Positions 1-12,609 of a DNA stretch of 64,000 nt are shown piece after piece. Below the pieces are notes generated by a model, which was not told the DNA's origin, searched no databases, and was given only the letters and a program-made list of their open reading frames with translations. The DNA comes from Catajapyx aquilonaris (Eukaryota). Each line of letters starts with the position of its first letter. Position 1 is the first letter of the stretch. Position numbers and translations under genes: made by a program. The stretch is from NCBI GenBank assembly GCA_000934665.2, contig KZ538470.1, positions 1 through 64,000 of the forward strand, given 5' to 3'.

Positions 1-97
1 CCAAGATTTTCTCGAAATATTTCAATGGCGCCGCGGGCCAGATGCGGACCCTTGGCGGGCCGCGTCCGGCCCGCGGGCCGTAGGTTGCCGACCCCTG
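1..97. mobile_element. Terminal fragment of a hAT (Charlie-like) non-autonomous element, running off the window start
   Basis: The reverse complement reads CAGGGGTCGGCAACCTACGGCCCGCGGGCCGGACGCGGCCCGCC, the typical hAT-Charlie terminus with GCGGGCC subterminal motifs. It is followed by the 8-mer GGCTAAGG. The other end is not in the window. Confidence 0.65.
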
Positions 98-700
98 GGC
101 TAAGGCAATAACATGCCCTTTCAGCTACATGTTTACACCTCTACATGATTGTTTACATCGCTACATGTTAGCAAAATGCAACAGGGTCTCATCTATTGCG
201 AATACAAAGACTTGGCTGCACTGCTTGACGAAAACTAAATTATTTGGTAGCACACTTTCAATTGCTAAGATGATCTCAAACCACTGAGCAACCGAAATCT
301 ACACCGAAAACGTACGAGTAGGATACTTGGCTATTGACGTAATTTATGAATTACATTACAATCACACGTAGTCACCATCACTGCAAAATGTGCCTCTTTG
401 CCCTTTTCTCCCCCACTTTTCCCCCATCTGAACTTCCTTTCTCCGACTGGTTGGGCGGCACTTAGGACCAAGAAGCAGTCCCAATAATGTAAGAACTGAT
501 GAGAGGTTTTGTGGGGGTAGACGGCTCATCTCCCACTTCTCCCGCCTCTTTAGTGGCATTAGGAAGCCGTAGCCGGGATGATATGGGCACCCCAGAAAAG
601 CAATGTCTCCCAAACTTTCGTTCCTATCATCTTCCTCTCCTTTTCCTCACAGATGAATGCCATGAGAACCAAGAGAAGAGCACACTAGAGATGAGGAGTT

Positions 701-702
<2 letters not shown>

Positions 703-751
<49 letters not shown>
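703..751. repeat. (CT)n microsatellite
   Basis: Perfect dinucleotide run. Confidence 0.98.
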
Positions 752-754
<3 letters not shown>

Positions 755-1709
755 TTATCTGACTAATGCCTGCTAACTTGCAACTCGAGAAGTAGTGATG
801 AGGAAAGAGTATAAAGAGTATAGTCGCGAGTCGCGAAACTGCGACACTTCGCCAAACACTCCATACCAATTTTGCTCTCATTACGTTGTATTGCGCTGTG
901 AGAGCGGGATGCTCTGATTACCTTTGCATATCAAGTCAGACTTTGTACGGGGATGCTCGGATGGATCCGTTGCCACTTCGTTATGATGACAACTCGTCAG
1001 TGGAGGGTTGGGATAATAAATAAGAGGTGATGATGTGCACTTGCCACTTGATTGCAACAGACTAATAATTGAAAGCATGTGGGGAAGGCCCCACGTCCAC
1101 GTAAGGGATTTTCACACGGGCTTTTAGGTTTCAAGGATCACCTAACTGCCATCAAAATATTTGGATGTATACAACCTAGTTGTCAAAAATTCATAATGTA
1201 AATGCAATGGTCAAGTTTTACATGCCACGACAATTTTTCCACAAACCACACTAATCTTGAGAGAAACAATATGGTATAAGAATTAGACATGTCCTCTCAT
1301 AACGTATTTAGTTATTTACCTATGATGCATTTAATACGTAGTCATATCAGATTAAATGTAATACAGGCAGGCAAAACAATTCCAGGAAAACAGAGCCTAA
1401 AGTGTACCGCTAAGGACTTGTAACCGTTCCTGTAGTGACCCAAATTTGTGCAAAATTAGGCACAAAATGGTCACTTAAGAAACAGAATAAATTTATATTA
1501 ATTACATTCAGAAATTTCTTACTTAGTGAAAAGTGGACCAACGGGAAAAACAGGTGATTATGCTATCGGATTAGCCTGTGTATTTTTAGTCAGCCTTCAC
1601 CTGGTCCTGTAAGGATCTTTACTTATGCCCGAGTGTAGGTATCAAACAGGGGGACATAACCCTTAAATCCTGGACGCTTGGAGAGACTCTCAGCGTATAA
1701 TCTGACCGC

Positions 1710-1710
<1 letters not shown>

Positions 1711-1774
<64 letters not shown>

Positions 1775-2105
1775 CTGGGGTAATGTGCTTTCGTCCCCAC
1801 CTGGGGGCATATAGCACGGACCTTTATTTGATGAAGGTACATTTCGGCGCCTATTGATTGAAATGCCCGGGCCCACGGGCAAGATGACAGGAGGGGATGT
1901 GCAAGGTGCAGTGCAATGTCCTTGTGTGGCCATTTTTAGTGAACACCCCCGGGTGGTTTAGTCTATGGGAAATACCACCCGAGACGAAGCCAGAGGTGAC
2001 CCTGACCTCTGCACGAGATGAAGGTGGTGTCCCCGGGCGGGATTTGATCCCGGGACCTTAACATCCGTGGGCGCGTACGTTACCGCAGCGCCACTTCGCC
2101 TCCCT
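1711..2105 (-). mobile_element. tRNA-derived SINE (family A) with (ATT)n tail
   Basis: Minus-strand head GGGAGGCGAAGTGGCGCTGCGGTAA (A box) ... GGGATCAAATCCC (B box). (ATT)n tail at 1711-1773. Target duplication TATAATCTGACC(G/A)CT at 1696-1710 and 2106-2120. Confidence 0.9.
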
Positions 2106-5100
2106 TATAATCTGACCACTAACTTGGTTCAATATTGACTCAGGTAACTTGAAGTGGCAATTCTCACATGTAAGTTAGAGTAGTTCCTGTTCCAGCGACC
2201 AGCTACCTTTGACACCCTTGAAAGATTCACGACCGCCATTAATTCCCTGGTATGCTGACTTTGTTGTCTTATGTCATGACATGCACCTTGAATTCGCGCA
2301 TAAACCAAGCTCTCCTTTGCCTCGGACCATTTATGCCCGTATTGCAACTCCTATTCCGGTCAAAATTTCATTCTCTGCGTAATTAATGCGCGTCAGATTT
2401 AGGGCTCCATTATATGAGGAAATTCCTTAAGTAATTAACTCCAACAGCAGGGCATAGTTAAATTAATTAATACGTTCACGGCTCAACCGAATTACAAGAC
2501 TTGGTGGCTTAATCTTCACTTGCCGGCAATTTCCGGCCACTACACCATGGATTGCAAATTTTACTACTAAATCACTTCATGCAAATTTTATACAAGTAAC
2601 TACACGTCACCTGTTTTAAAACAGGCTCCAGATATGTTCATTGCTGCCGAATTCGCGCTTTCCATATAAAAACTGCAATGTGGAGATGATTAATTGCCAA
2701 AAGTTTTTTTTGTAGCTCACGTGCACGTCAAGCTCATCGATTCCATAATATCTCAATAGGTTTCAGAGTTCCTCCCTCCCTCTTTCCCTCCCTCTCTCCC
2801 TCCCCAACCACCCTATCCACTAATGACACTCCCCTCCGGATAAATAGTGCCAAGGGCTACTCTCTATCACTCCATCTATTCCCTGTATGCACAGCTGCAA
2901 AAGGGGGGTAGGTATATAGCATTAGCGCAACTTACTTTATAAGCATCAAAGCTGAGTCACACACATGCCATGTAATGTGCATCCCTGCATTCGACGCTGT
3001 TCGATCACTACAGTATTTTACATCTGCATAAAGTATGATAATGCAATCATTACATTAGTGTATGTCAATAAACAACAAGCCACCGAGCCGTTATTAATGC
3101 GTGGGATAAATGCAGCGTGATGCGTCGGGGAAGGGAGGGGGGGGGGAGAGAGAAAAAGCAAGGTTGAATATATGCACAAAACGTTAATAAATAAAGTTAC
3201 GAGGTCTGGAATTGCTCTCCTGAAATTTGACATAATTATATCTCTCATTGGAAATAAAATAATTTATTGTTTCATAGCTACTACTTTCCATCACACTGGA
3301 TAGTTTTATTATCAAAGACCAAAAAGTCAGAACTCTGGAAGAGAATAGAGAGCAGGAAAAGTGACAACACTGCAACTTTTTAGGCATAAAATTGTATCAC
3401 ATATTCTGGAAACTCATACATGCAGTAATGGAAATCGTACTTGGACACTGACGTTACAATGGCAGTTTACGTGCTCTGCAGGAAGAAAGTTTTGATATGC
3501 GCCAGGCTTATGGCGCAATCCCTGTCAGATTTACAAAGTCAACTAAATGCAGACGGAATTCAATAGCCCGCCTATCCGTGGCAGAAGGTTGTGAACATCA
3601 GGCGAGGTGACTGCATTGCAGGTCTCTAATGAAGCAATTACAAAGACAGAGCCTCGTTTCTTGGACTATTAACATCATTCGAATTCTATAAGGCGGAAAA
3701 GAGAGGGGGAAGATGGTTGTTTTGTTCATTTTTCCCTGGTATATGCCCGCCATCTGTGGACGACGTAAAAAGGCCTTCGCCGGCCTATAAAAAATTTGCG
3801 ATGTCAACAATATAAATATTCGAGTAGTCGGTAAAAATATATGTGGCATGACTTTTGAATCAGCCCACGTATCGGACAGAAAATAGGTTGCTTCAATGAA
3901 GACATACAAGGCCAGTAGGGCCAACCAGTCGACGGCAATTCCATAGTGATTTTTATATTCATATTTAACACCATATTTGCCTCGTTCTCGATAGTTTGCC
4001 GTAAAAGAGGAGTGCTTTTATATGCCTGAGAACATGAGCCATTGTCTCCCTGGGCAATAATTTGCATGGGCGTGCAGTAGAATGCATAGTGCTAAGCGCT
4101 CGAAACCTGCTCCCGACCGCAGGGTTACCACGTAGGGCATTTTTAATACTTCCAATGAAGCGCGATTTGTAAAAACGCAGCCTACAGGCAGCATGAAAGT
4201 CCTGCCTGAAACAGCTCAGCGCTGCTCGCATAAATAAATTGTAAATAGCTGTTGTCATTTATACCCGCTTCAAGCGGCGAAAATGTAAAACAGCGCTGAA
4301 GTGTAATTCTGCGCGCAAATCCAGTTGGTGAAGCACATTTCACGCGGATTGGAGCCAATTCCATAACAAAATTGTCCGCTCGCAAAACAACTACAAACAG
4401 CTACGAGTGCGCTTCACCTTTAAAGGAATGCACGTGCTAAACTCCATCAAAACATGCGGGGACAATTACCTGGTGTGAAAGACAACACAATTTGGTGTCA
4501 ATCAAAATCGCATTTTTGCTCAACAATATGTTATAGTACCGGTATCTAATATCAAGTGTAGAAACGTGCAAAAAAGCAATGGTTTAACAACATAATGCCA
4601 ATAGTTTCATTACCCAAGTTGTTAGAAACACGAGGCCCCATACGTACACAACTATATAGATTCAATACCATCACCAGTGACTCCTGCAAAGTGTGATTAC
4701 TCCCTTATTATTTCCATCGTGCCAACAATAAATCCGTTGTACAAGTACCCTTTGAAAAGCGTCCCAATTTAACCCGCTAATTATAAATTTTCAAAACATG
4801 TGCCCATACAGTACCTCAAAAACCCCTGTGTAAATAAGTGATTATGTGCCTGCTGAGGCTTCACAACTTTCCATCCTCCCTCACCCTCTCTCTCTCCCTC
4901 TCCCTCTCTCTCTCCAGTTTTTTCCGCCTTCCCCTGCATGAAAGTCTCCCTCAAACTTTTGCTCCACCGCACCTCACCAGGGTCTTTTTGGCCCCGGGAA
5001 GCGCACCGAAAGCGGTTTTTGGTACTCGGCTGGACTTCTGGGAGGAAAAGCCGAAAAGGTCTTCTTGACTGCGGCCAACCGCACAATTCTGCCCAATTCC

Positions 5101-7490
5101 CAGCTGCCTGGCCTGCAGACAACCATGCCCTACGACACTTCCCTACTCTCCACCTAACCTTCCGCACCTCGGTTTTTAGCCCAAAAATGTTCCCCTATCC
5201 CACACCCAACCTCAACGCGAGGAGAAAATACAAACGGGCTTGTCTGGACAACACTTGCGTTCAATGCAGGTAGCTGCAGACAAAAAAATATATATCATCT
5301 GGGCTACTGTAAGTTCAGGATGGCCAGTCAGGTGGAATACTGTATTTGAAACGGGTTGCGGCTTTCCTGGCCATTTTTCCGCTGTCATAAAAGCATAAAA
5401 ATAATTCCTGGGATGAGCAGGAAAGCCGATAAGGTTCAGTAAAAGTTACGGCGTACTTTACAAAAGTCATCAAAAATATTGCATTAAGGCTGTTACTACC
5501 ACACATAATTTAGATATTAGAGCCTAAATAAAAATTTGATGGCGGGGATGATAATTCTCTCGGGGAAAAGAGACGGCCCAATATTTAACAGCTCAAGAAA
5601 ATGGTCAATGTAGCGTTCTTAATAACCATAAACAAAAGCAATGCGGCGCGAGTCCATTAATAGCTGAAATTCATCAGCATTAATTTCATAATTTGCATAG
5701 ATACCGTATAATGTTTAGCGTGTCAAAGCAAGTGTTCGGTTATTGGATTCGAGTAATAAATTCGATTTGTAATATCAGTTAAATTAAAATGCGTTTATGG
5801 TGCATGGTTAATGGATACAACATGCTGTGTCTCATTTTAAACTACACCTTCCAGCAATTACGTAAATCATAGGAAAGGTGTTTTCACAAAATTCCCGAGT
5901 CTTGTTTCTCCCTCCCCCCTTTTATGGTTAAAAAATCGAATACCTTTTTTGTCCTCCGGTGAATATTATATGCCAAAATTAAACCCCGAGTAATTACAAA
6001 ACCTTATACCGCTTACGCTGACACAGCTATTGTTGGTACTGAACTCTAGGCACAGGGTGTCCCGAAAGGTCCCCACAGCCTCTCGGGTTGGCGCCCACCT
6101 ATATCTTACCCTGCACACAGCCCTTTTTTTTATTTCACCCAGCCCAGTTCACCGTCTACACTTCAGCATAAACGAGTCCGTATAGACCTACTGTAGCTTC
6201 CCTACTGATACACCTTCCGTAATCAAGCCTCTAAGCTCATTCTGGCCCCTGACTCAGGCCACACTTCAGAGGGACAATTCAAGTTCTTTCTCTCCCCCCG
6301 CCCCTCTGAGTAGTTGAGAGGATATAGCAGAAGCTTCTTCATTCCTTACTTTCGCAGAGCTCGCAGTGAGAATTCCGGCGCGCAGATCGATCCCACCCTC
6401 ACCTCACATGGAGCAATCACCCAGATAACACTCAGGAAGAAAGGGGAAAAAATCCCCCCAAAATATAGGGGTGCCTCATTTACTTGTACCCTCCTAAAAA
6501 GCGTCTACCGTGGCGAGCTTTGCCAAAAAAGAGGGTTCTAGCCAGCACAAGTCATCCGCAGCCACACATACACACACACACCCACACACAAAAACTGTTA
6601 GACCATCTGTCCCCTCGATTTTTCAAGCCCCCATCACCGCAACAGCCGTTCCCTCGGAACACCCCCCACCCTCCCCCCAAAAATAATAAAAAATAAATCT
6701 CCTAACTGGGCCAAACTCAAAGTTCAGTACGCCCACTTCTTAATACATGTGCTTCCAGCAGATGGCCACACAAACTCCGAGGCCTTGCCTGCAGTTGTTG
6801 CAACCTGCAATCAATCTTAATTCCTACCACCCTAACCCTCTAGCCACGCCACCTTCCTATACCTCCCTGGTTTGCACGTTTACAGGTCCCAGAGCTGCTA
6901 CCGTGTACTACTCAGCAGGGATACAGTAACAATTATTTGCATTTCCAATGATTGGTAGTAGGTCGCCATTAATTTCATGCCGCTCCCGAGTCGGTCGTTA
7001 AGTATTATTTACTCTCTGCGCCAGATTAGTGGACGCGGTCTCCGCTAAATTTTCAACGCGGAGTTGTATTAGCATTTTATCTGCAGAAGGTTTGCATCCC
7101 ACTGTCCCATTTCAATTTCATTTGCGCCTTGGATCATACTACCACGCTCAACTTGAACTAACACTCACCAATTTTAAACATACGACTCGATTCCAGTCCT
7201 TGCAGCATCAAGTGTTCAGTTTGCCAACTACCATAGTTATAATGTAAAGAGTACAGTAATACTGCCATGATTAATTTGCACAGTAACGCAGGCTTTCAAC
7301 CATTCTGGACTTGACTCCCCGTCCCCAACCTATCCCCCTTCCATCACGTCCGCAGGGTATGCCTCTATTACGGGATAAAGCTTATGTGGGACTGTGGAAA
7401 ACGTACTGTTTCAAAAAAATCACAATCGATACATCCACAGCAACGACCTGCGCTATCTAAATTTGACGGCATTACGTTTATTATGCGGCC

Positions 7491-7569
7491 CACGATTGAC
7501 TATAGGTTAATCTATAAATAATATTGTAATCAATAGGTCAATCGCAATCGACATATACGCCACCCCCTG
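7491..7569. mobile_element. Degraded hAT-like terminus
   Basis: GTCAATCGCAATCGAC...CGCCACCCCCTG followed by TTTTAAAC resembles a hAT end (CAGGGG... on the minus strand) plus an 8-bp target. No partner end found. Confidence 0.35.
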
Positions 7570-8863
7570 TTTTAAACCATGTAATTACAAGCGTGGCTTG
7601 CATACAGGCCAGTGTCACTAACAATTTCACTAATTATTTATTTTCAACGGGGTGAAATACAAACTAGGTTTCCAGCACCATTAATTATATTGCTTAAGTT
7701 ATATTTATTTTAGGTCCATTGTTATAATAACTTTAAAAGTGTCTGAAATGTATCTATTTGGCGGCGAATTTCTAGATATTATAGGGGTACCTAAAAATAT
7801 ACGGAAATATTTCCTAGTTGATTAGAGTCTAGATGAATGCCGCAAACTTTCCAAATGAATGTAACTTAAAACCTGAGCGTGTCCTATCGTATCTGCTGCA
7901 GAGGATGGTGCAATTGGCCTTAACCACCTTACACCGATCAGCTACAGTCGCCCCTACCTCCCTTTCCGCAACTTTTTTTTCTCTCTTTTCAAGTTAGTAA
8001 ACTTGGAACTAGAGCCTGACCAGGAACCAAAAGAGAGGACTTTTTTGTTTGTTTTCGGTGTGTAGTGAGTCTGAAGGCCCCAGGTGAAAGCTCATTTGCG
8101 GCTCGGCTGCTGTCTCTAACACCCCGGTACACGGTCCCAGACACGCGAGGGCCAACTTACCCAATTGTCTGGCCTATAAAATGAAAAATAAAACTCAACT
8201 GCCCGTGGCAACCCGGGGGTAAGAAGTTTGACCAAAAACGAGACAAGCCAGTTGAATGCTCCAGCGCCCAAGTCAACCAGACACTCCAAGAATGCCAGGG
8301 TCCATCATCAGAATCACTCCCCTATAAGAATTGGTATCAGAAAATCCGTGGCCATAAGCCCTACTTTTGGTTCCTCCTCCATAGGCCCAGCCACAAAAGA
8401 GGAAGTGAAAAAAAGTCCGCATACATTAGTATGGCGATGTGGAATAATATGGCGGGTGGCGTTTATGTGGGTTTGGGTGAGAAAGATATCAGGCGGTCGC
8501 CAAGCTGTGGCTGACAGCGCAAGAAGGGCGTTAATAATGCCATTGATTTTCAATAGGTGCTGCTGCAGCAGCTCCGGTCCCTTCCTCGCTGCAAATTGAA
8601 CCACCCCTCCTATTACTACACTACAGCCTGTTTCGCTCATTAATAGTCATGGAACTAATTGCAGGCCCGCACTAGGTTTAGGGGGGTGGGGGGGATCCGC
8701 CTGATTTTTCCCCCCTTTTTTTATTCCAGCTTTTCTCCAGGCTGCCTGTAAATCTCCCGGGCAGAAAACTTTCTGACACAAGCTAGCAAGAGGAAGGGCC
8801 TTCTCTGCGCTTCCTATGGAAATGATCCGCGACACAAAAGAAGAGAAAGGAGGAAATCCTGAG

Positions 8864-8896
8864 GCTGCTGCTGCTGCTGCAGACGACGTCCTGCAC

Positions 8897-8959
<63 letters not shown>
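8864..8959. repeat. (GCT)n followed by (GA)n microsatellite
   Basis: GCT run at 8864-8880 and perfect GA run at 8900-8959. Confidence 0.97.
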
Positions 8960-8962
<3 letters not shown>

Positions 8963-10603
8963 ACCCTAAATTAAGCTAAATAATTCCCCTCTTCCCGCGG
9001 CTGCTCAGCACTGATATCGGGGTTCACCGGGCACGTGAAAAAAGGAGTGTCGACATTACATGCTACCTGACCTGTACCTGACAGAAGGAGCGGTGCTGAG
9101 GGAGGTTTCGCGCTGTGGCAGACCAAAACAGATTAGGCCACAGAAAAACCTGCCCTGATTTCGCTCTTCTCTACGATTCCGATTGCAGGATACGGATTCC
9201 ATAGGCCCAAAGGTCGCATAATAATAATTATATGTCGAAGAAGCTATTGTCGCAAACGGATTTGTAATTGGCTTCCTTGATTTGACAAGATGATGAACTT
9301 CATAGGGCGAGCTTCCGTTTCTCCCAGTGGAAACAAGCCTTAATAGAGCAAGAGTCCAGCAGCCCCTGTCAATACTGGTTGCCATGAATAAATGGATGAA
9401 GATGCAAGTTAAGATGGTGGAATCGGCATGCGGAGGAAAATTCAGGAAACATTTTCCTGGAGCAGCAAAAGTCTGAAGGAGAGTCATGCATATGGATGAG
9501 AATATAAATCAGCCGGCTCCGGTTAAATTGGTTAAATATTTCCAGTGGCACTCGTTCCTCGGCATAATCTTCCCATTACCGCATCGCGCTTTATATACAC
9601 TGGGCCCTTCACGCCTCAATATCATCTGCATGCAGTCTTTCCTCCGAGGAGAGCACCCAATCAATCGCAAACCTCATTGCCTCCAATCCAATCAATGGCC
9701 CGTATATTTACGATTGCCAAATGCCTTCGTGAACATCCTCAACTACAGGGTTGGTTATCGACCAAGTCTCTTCTCTCCCTCGCAACTGACCTATCTCAAA
9801 ATTCCCGAAGGATACGCCACATTTGGATCGCTAAATAAATTATACTACGTGCCTGACCTATGCACATTCCACACGTGCACTAGGTCGACAGCTGGTCATT
9901 TTGGTACCAAAGGGAACTTTTTTTGCAGAAAAAAAGGTCGCGAGTGGATAATGTACAGCTCCATTTACACACTGCTAAAATTGAGAAGAGACCTTGAAGT
10001 CTAGCTACATTATCCCGATTCCAGCATTGTTCAAGTTAGTGAATAACTTATACGTATATCTAGACCTACTACTCCACCTTCAAACTTATCGACAATATTC
10101 TTCAGCAAGCGCAAAATCAGATCAGGTTATAAGTAACATCTTAGCCACAACGAGAGATTTTTTAAAACTCCAAACCCTCCCCTTCCCAAATACATCATTT
10201 TCTGCTTAAATCTACACCATTTCATAAACCATTCAAGTATGAATAATGCCAAACAAATTGGATTACGCCACTTTAAATGATATCAATAAATTATTATAAA
10301 ACAATAAAGAATGTCTTCTTATCATTGTCTTGCTTGATTGCAAACTAATGCACATTTACGTGTAGGACAAAGCTATTTCTCAATGTTACATGTACTGGGT
10401 AATGGCGCCTCATAACCTATTAATACGCAGCAAGATACATATGACCTCATCGACTAGCATTGCGCCTGTGTACGTAATTCTCTAGAACAGGCATAGAAAG
10501 ATCAATTCTTCAAACACGTCAAATAAATCTTTCTCAACGTAACTGGGTCACCCTCAATGATTGATTGCATTGTCTGTTTTCCCAATTGATACCTGCCTAG
10601 GAA

Positions 10604-10677
10604 AGGATCACTCCCGGGATCGGTTTTTCCCTGGAACCGCCACAAATTTTTAGTGGACGTTGTTCCTAATAATGTTC
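10604..10677 (+). repeat. Dispersed repeat fragment, copy 1 (partner at 19171-19245)
   Basis: AGGATC(A/C)CTCCC(G/A)GGAT...ATTTTTAGTGGA(C/A)GTTGTTCCTAATAAT(G/A)TTC is shared in the same orientation by both loci. Confidence 0.7.
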
Positions 10678-11654
10678 GGTGTAGAGTGAAACGCAATTTT
10701 GTCCTATCTACTGTATTCCTCCCCAAAAATCTCCCACCGATGATTTAATTTAGGTCAATAAAATTAGGCACATGCATATTGGTTTGTAGATTCTTGAATC
10801 GTGCAATTTTCCAGTTGGTTAAGTTTTCTGAAATATTTTGTAAACTGCACAGTTGAAGTGAATACAGTCGCAGCCAATCTTTATTTGAGTCTATGGCGCC
10901 CAATATGGAGTACCAGTTTGCGTAAGGTCTAATATGAGTCCGTTAGTCTGTGAAATAGAAAATAAAACGGCAGAAAAGGATAATGGAAGAAGCTGCATCG
11001 GGTGGTTTGAAAGGCCGGAGGATGAGTTTTAAAGCTGGTCTGGAATCCGGGCATCCAAAAGAGAGAGAGGAAACTTCCTCCAGGGGATGGTTGTGGAAGG
11101 AAGACCTCGAAAATCCGGAGAAATATCCCCCGTTTCGTAGTTTGGGCGCACACATAAAAATGTTAGTGGCGGTGGGTGAGCCAATTGGGAACAGCGGCAT
11201 AGATCGATTCCATGGGGATTTATGGTCCCGGGAAACGTAAACTGTCGGGGAAATACTTCATTTTTATCGCGATTTGTTGAATCCGGTTGGCTTTTTGGGC
11301 CGCTGGAAATAAAGCCAGGAGGAGCCTGCTCCTCGCTTAGCAGATAAGAGAGGCTCCACCCAAACAGCTCAAAACTGTACCAAGCCCCACACTCTGTTCT
11401 GTCATGTTTCCCTGCTGCTTCCCGAATCTAACTGACAAAACTTTCCACGCATATATATCGCCACTGTCTAGATACAAACACTTTCCAAAGTCTATATCGT
11501 GCTTTTACACCTCCCGGATCTTGTTTCAAATGGAGGAATCTGTTGTGTTACAGGGATGTTTTTCACACCGAGGAATTCCCTCAGCTGGGTATTGTGGGTA
11601 AAAAAAAGTGACAATAAACACTTCACATATACGTCAAGTTTCAGAGCGCCAATA

Positions 11655-12023
11655 TAGCGTGTTCATGAATTCCTCTGCCAAAATTATACGCATGGAAGAA
11701 GCACGGCACAGTTCCGAAAAACCGGCGACGACGTTGACGTCGACTATCCTGACAAGTGTGGATACCCCTGTGCATGCCTGCATTGCTGGTTGCCGGAGTC
11801 AGGCCGGTTGAGCAACCGTCTGGGAGTGCAGCGCCTGGCCCTGGCAACCGGCAATGCAGGCATGCAAAGGGGTATCCACACTTGTCAGGATACGCATAGT
11901 CGATGTCAAAGGTCGATCTACCAAGCGGATCGTCGACGGCCTTTCGGACCCATACCATGACTTTACCATACGCACCCCCCTATCACCAATATAATTTTGG
12001 CAGAAGAATTGATGAACACGATG
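11655..12023. mobile_element. TA-flanked MITE (Tc1/mariner superfamily) with an internal hairpin
   Basis: About 34-bp terminal inverted repeats (TIRs; TAGCGTGTTCATGAATTCCTCTGCCAAAATTATA versus CATCGTGTTCATCAATTCTTCTGCCAAAATTATA), with TA on both sides. Additional internal inverted repeat at about 11735-11797 versus 11842-11910. Confidence 0.85.
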
Positions 12024-12351
12024 TATGTAAAGTGCTCCATGTCAAATGTCGGTTTTAGTTAGCGCGTTTTTGGCATTAAGCGACTTATTTTAAGCAGTTA
12101 CTTTTAGACCCAATTGGATCATCTGTCCAAGCTCTGAATGAATTTCTGGTAGGAAATGGGCCCACTGGAACAATTGGCATCGAAATTCAATGATATAACC
12201 CATTTTTTGCATGCAGGCGTTTAAAAGGTTAAGAGCTGCTAATAGCTCTACTTTTTTCTGACCTCTAAAAGTAACTACTAAAAGCAAGCAGAATAATGGC
12301 AAAAATCGCTAAGTAAAACGGACAATTCAATTGGAACACACTTGAAATCAT

Positions 12352-12609
12352 GGCCCAGATCAAAAACAGCCAAGTCCACTTGGAAAACCTGGCCATAAAT
12401 TGAGCAAACACCGATGATTGTTTAACTTTCACTGGTATCGTACAATCTTGAAACTTTTCACGTCCACATGTTGCCGCTGTCCAGCTCATATGCAAATGTG
12501 CAAATAATATAATAGACTACTCAATGACATTAAATCCATAAATGCTGCACATTCTTGTGTTACACCCCCCCCCCCAATCAGTGGACTTGGCTGTTTTTGA
12601 TCTGGGACC
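12352..12609. mobile_element. MITE-like element with a 27-bp perfect inverted repeat
   Basis: CCCAGATCAAAAACAGCCAAGTCCACT at 12354-12380 and its exact reverse complement at 12580-12606. No clear target duplication. Confidence 0.7.

Noticed and set aside
12093..12279. AGCAGTTACTTTTAGA inverted pair
   Set aside because: Short and imperfect, with no TSD or second copy in the window.
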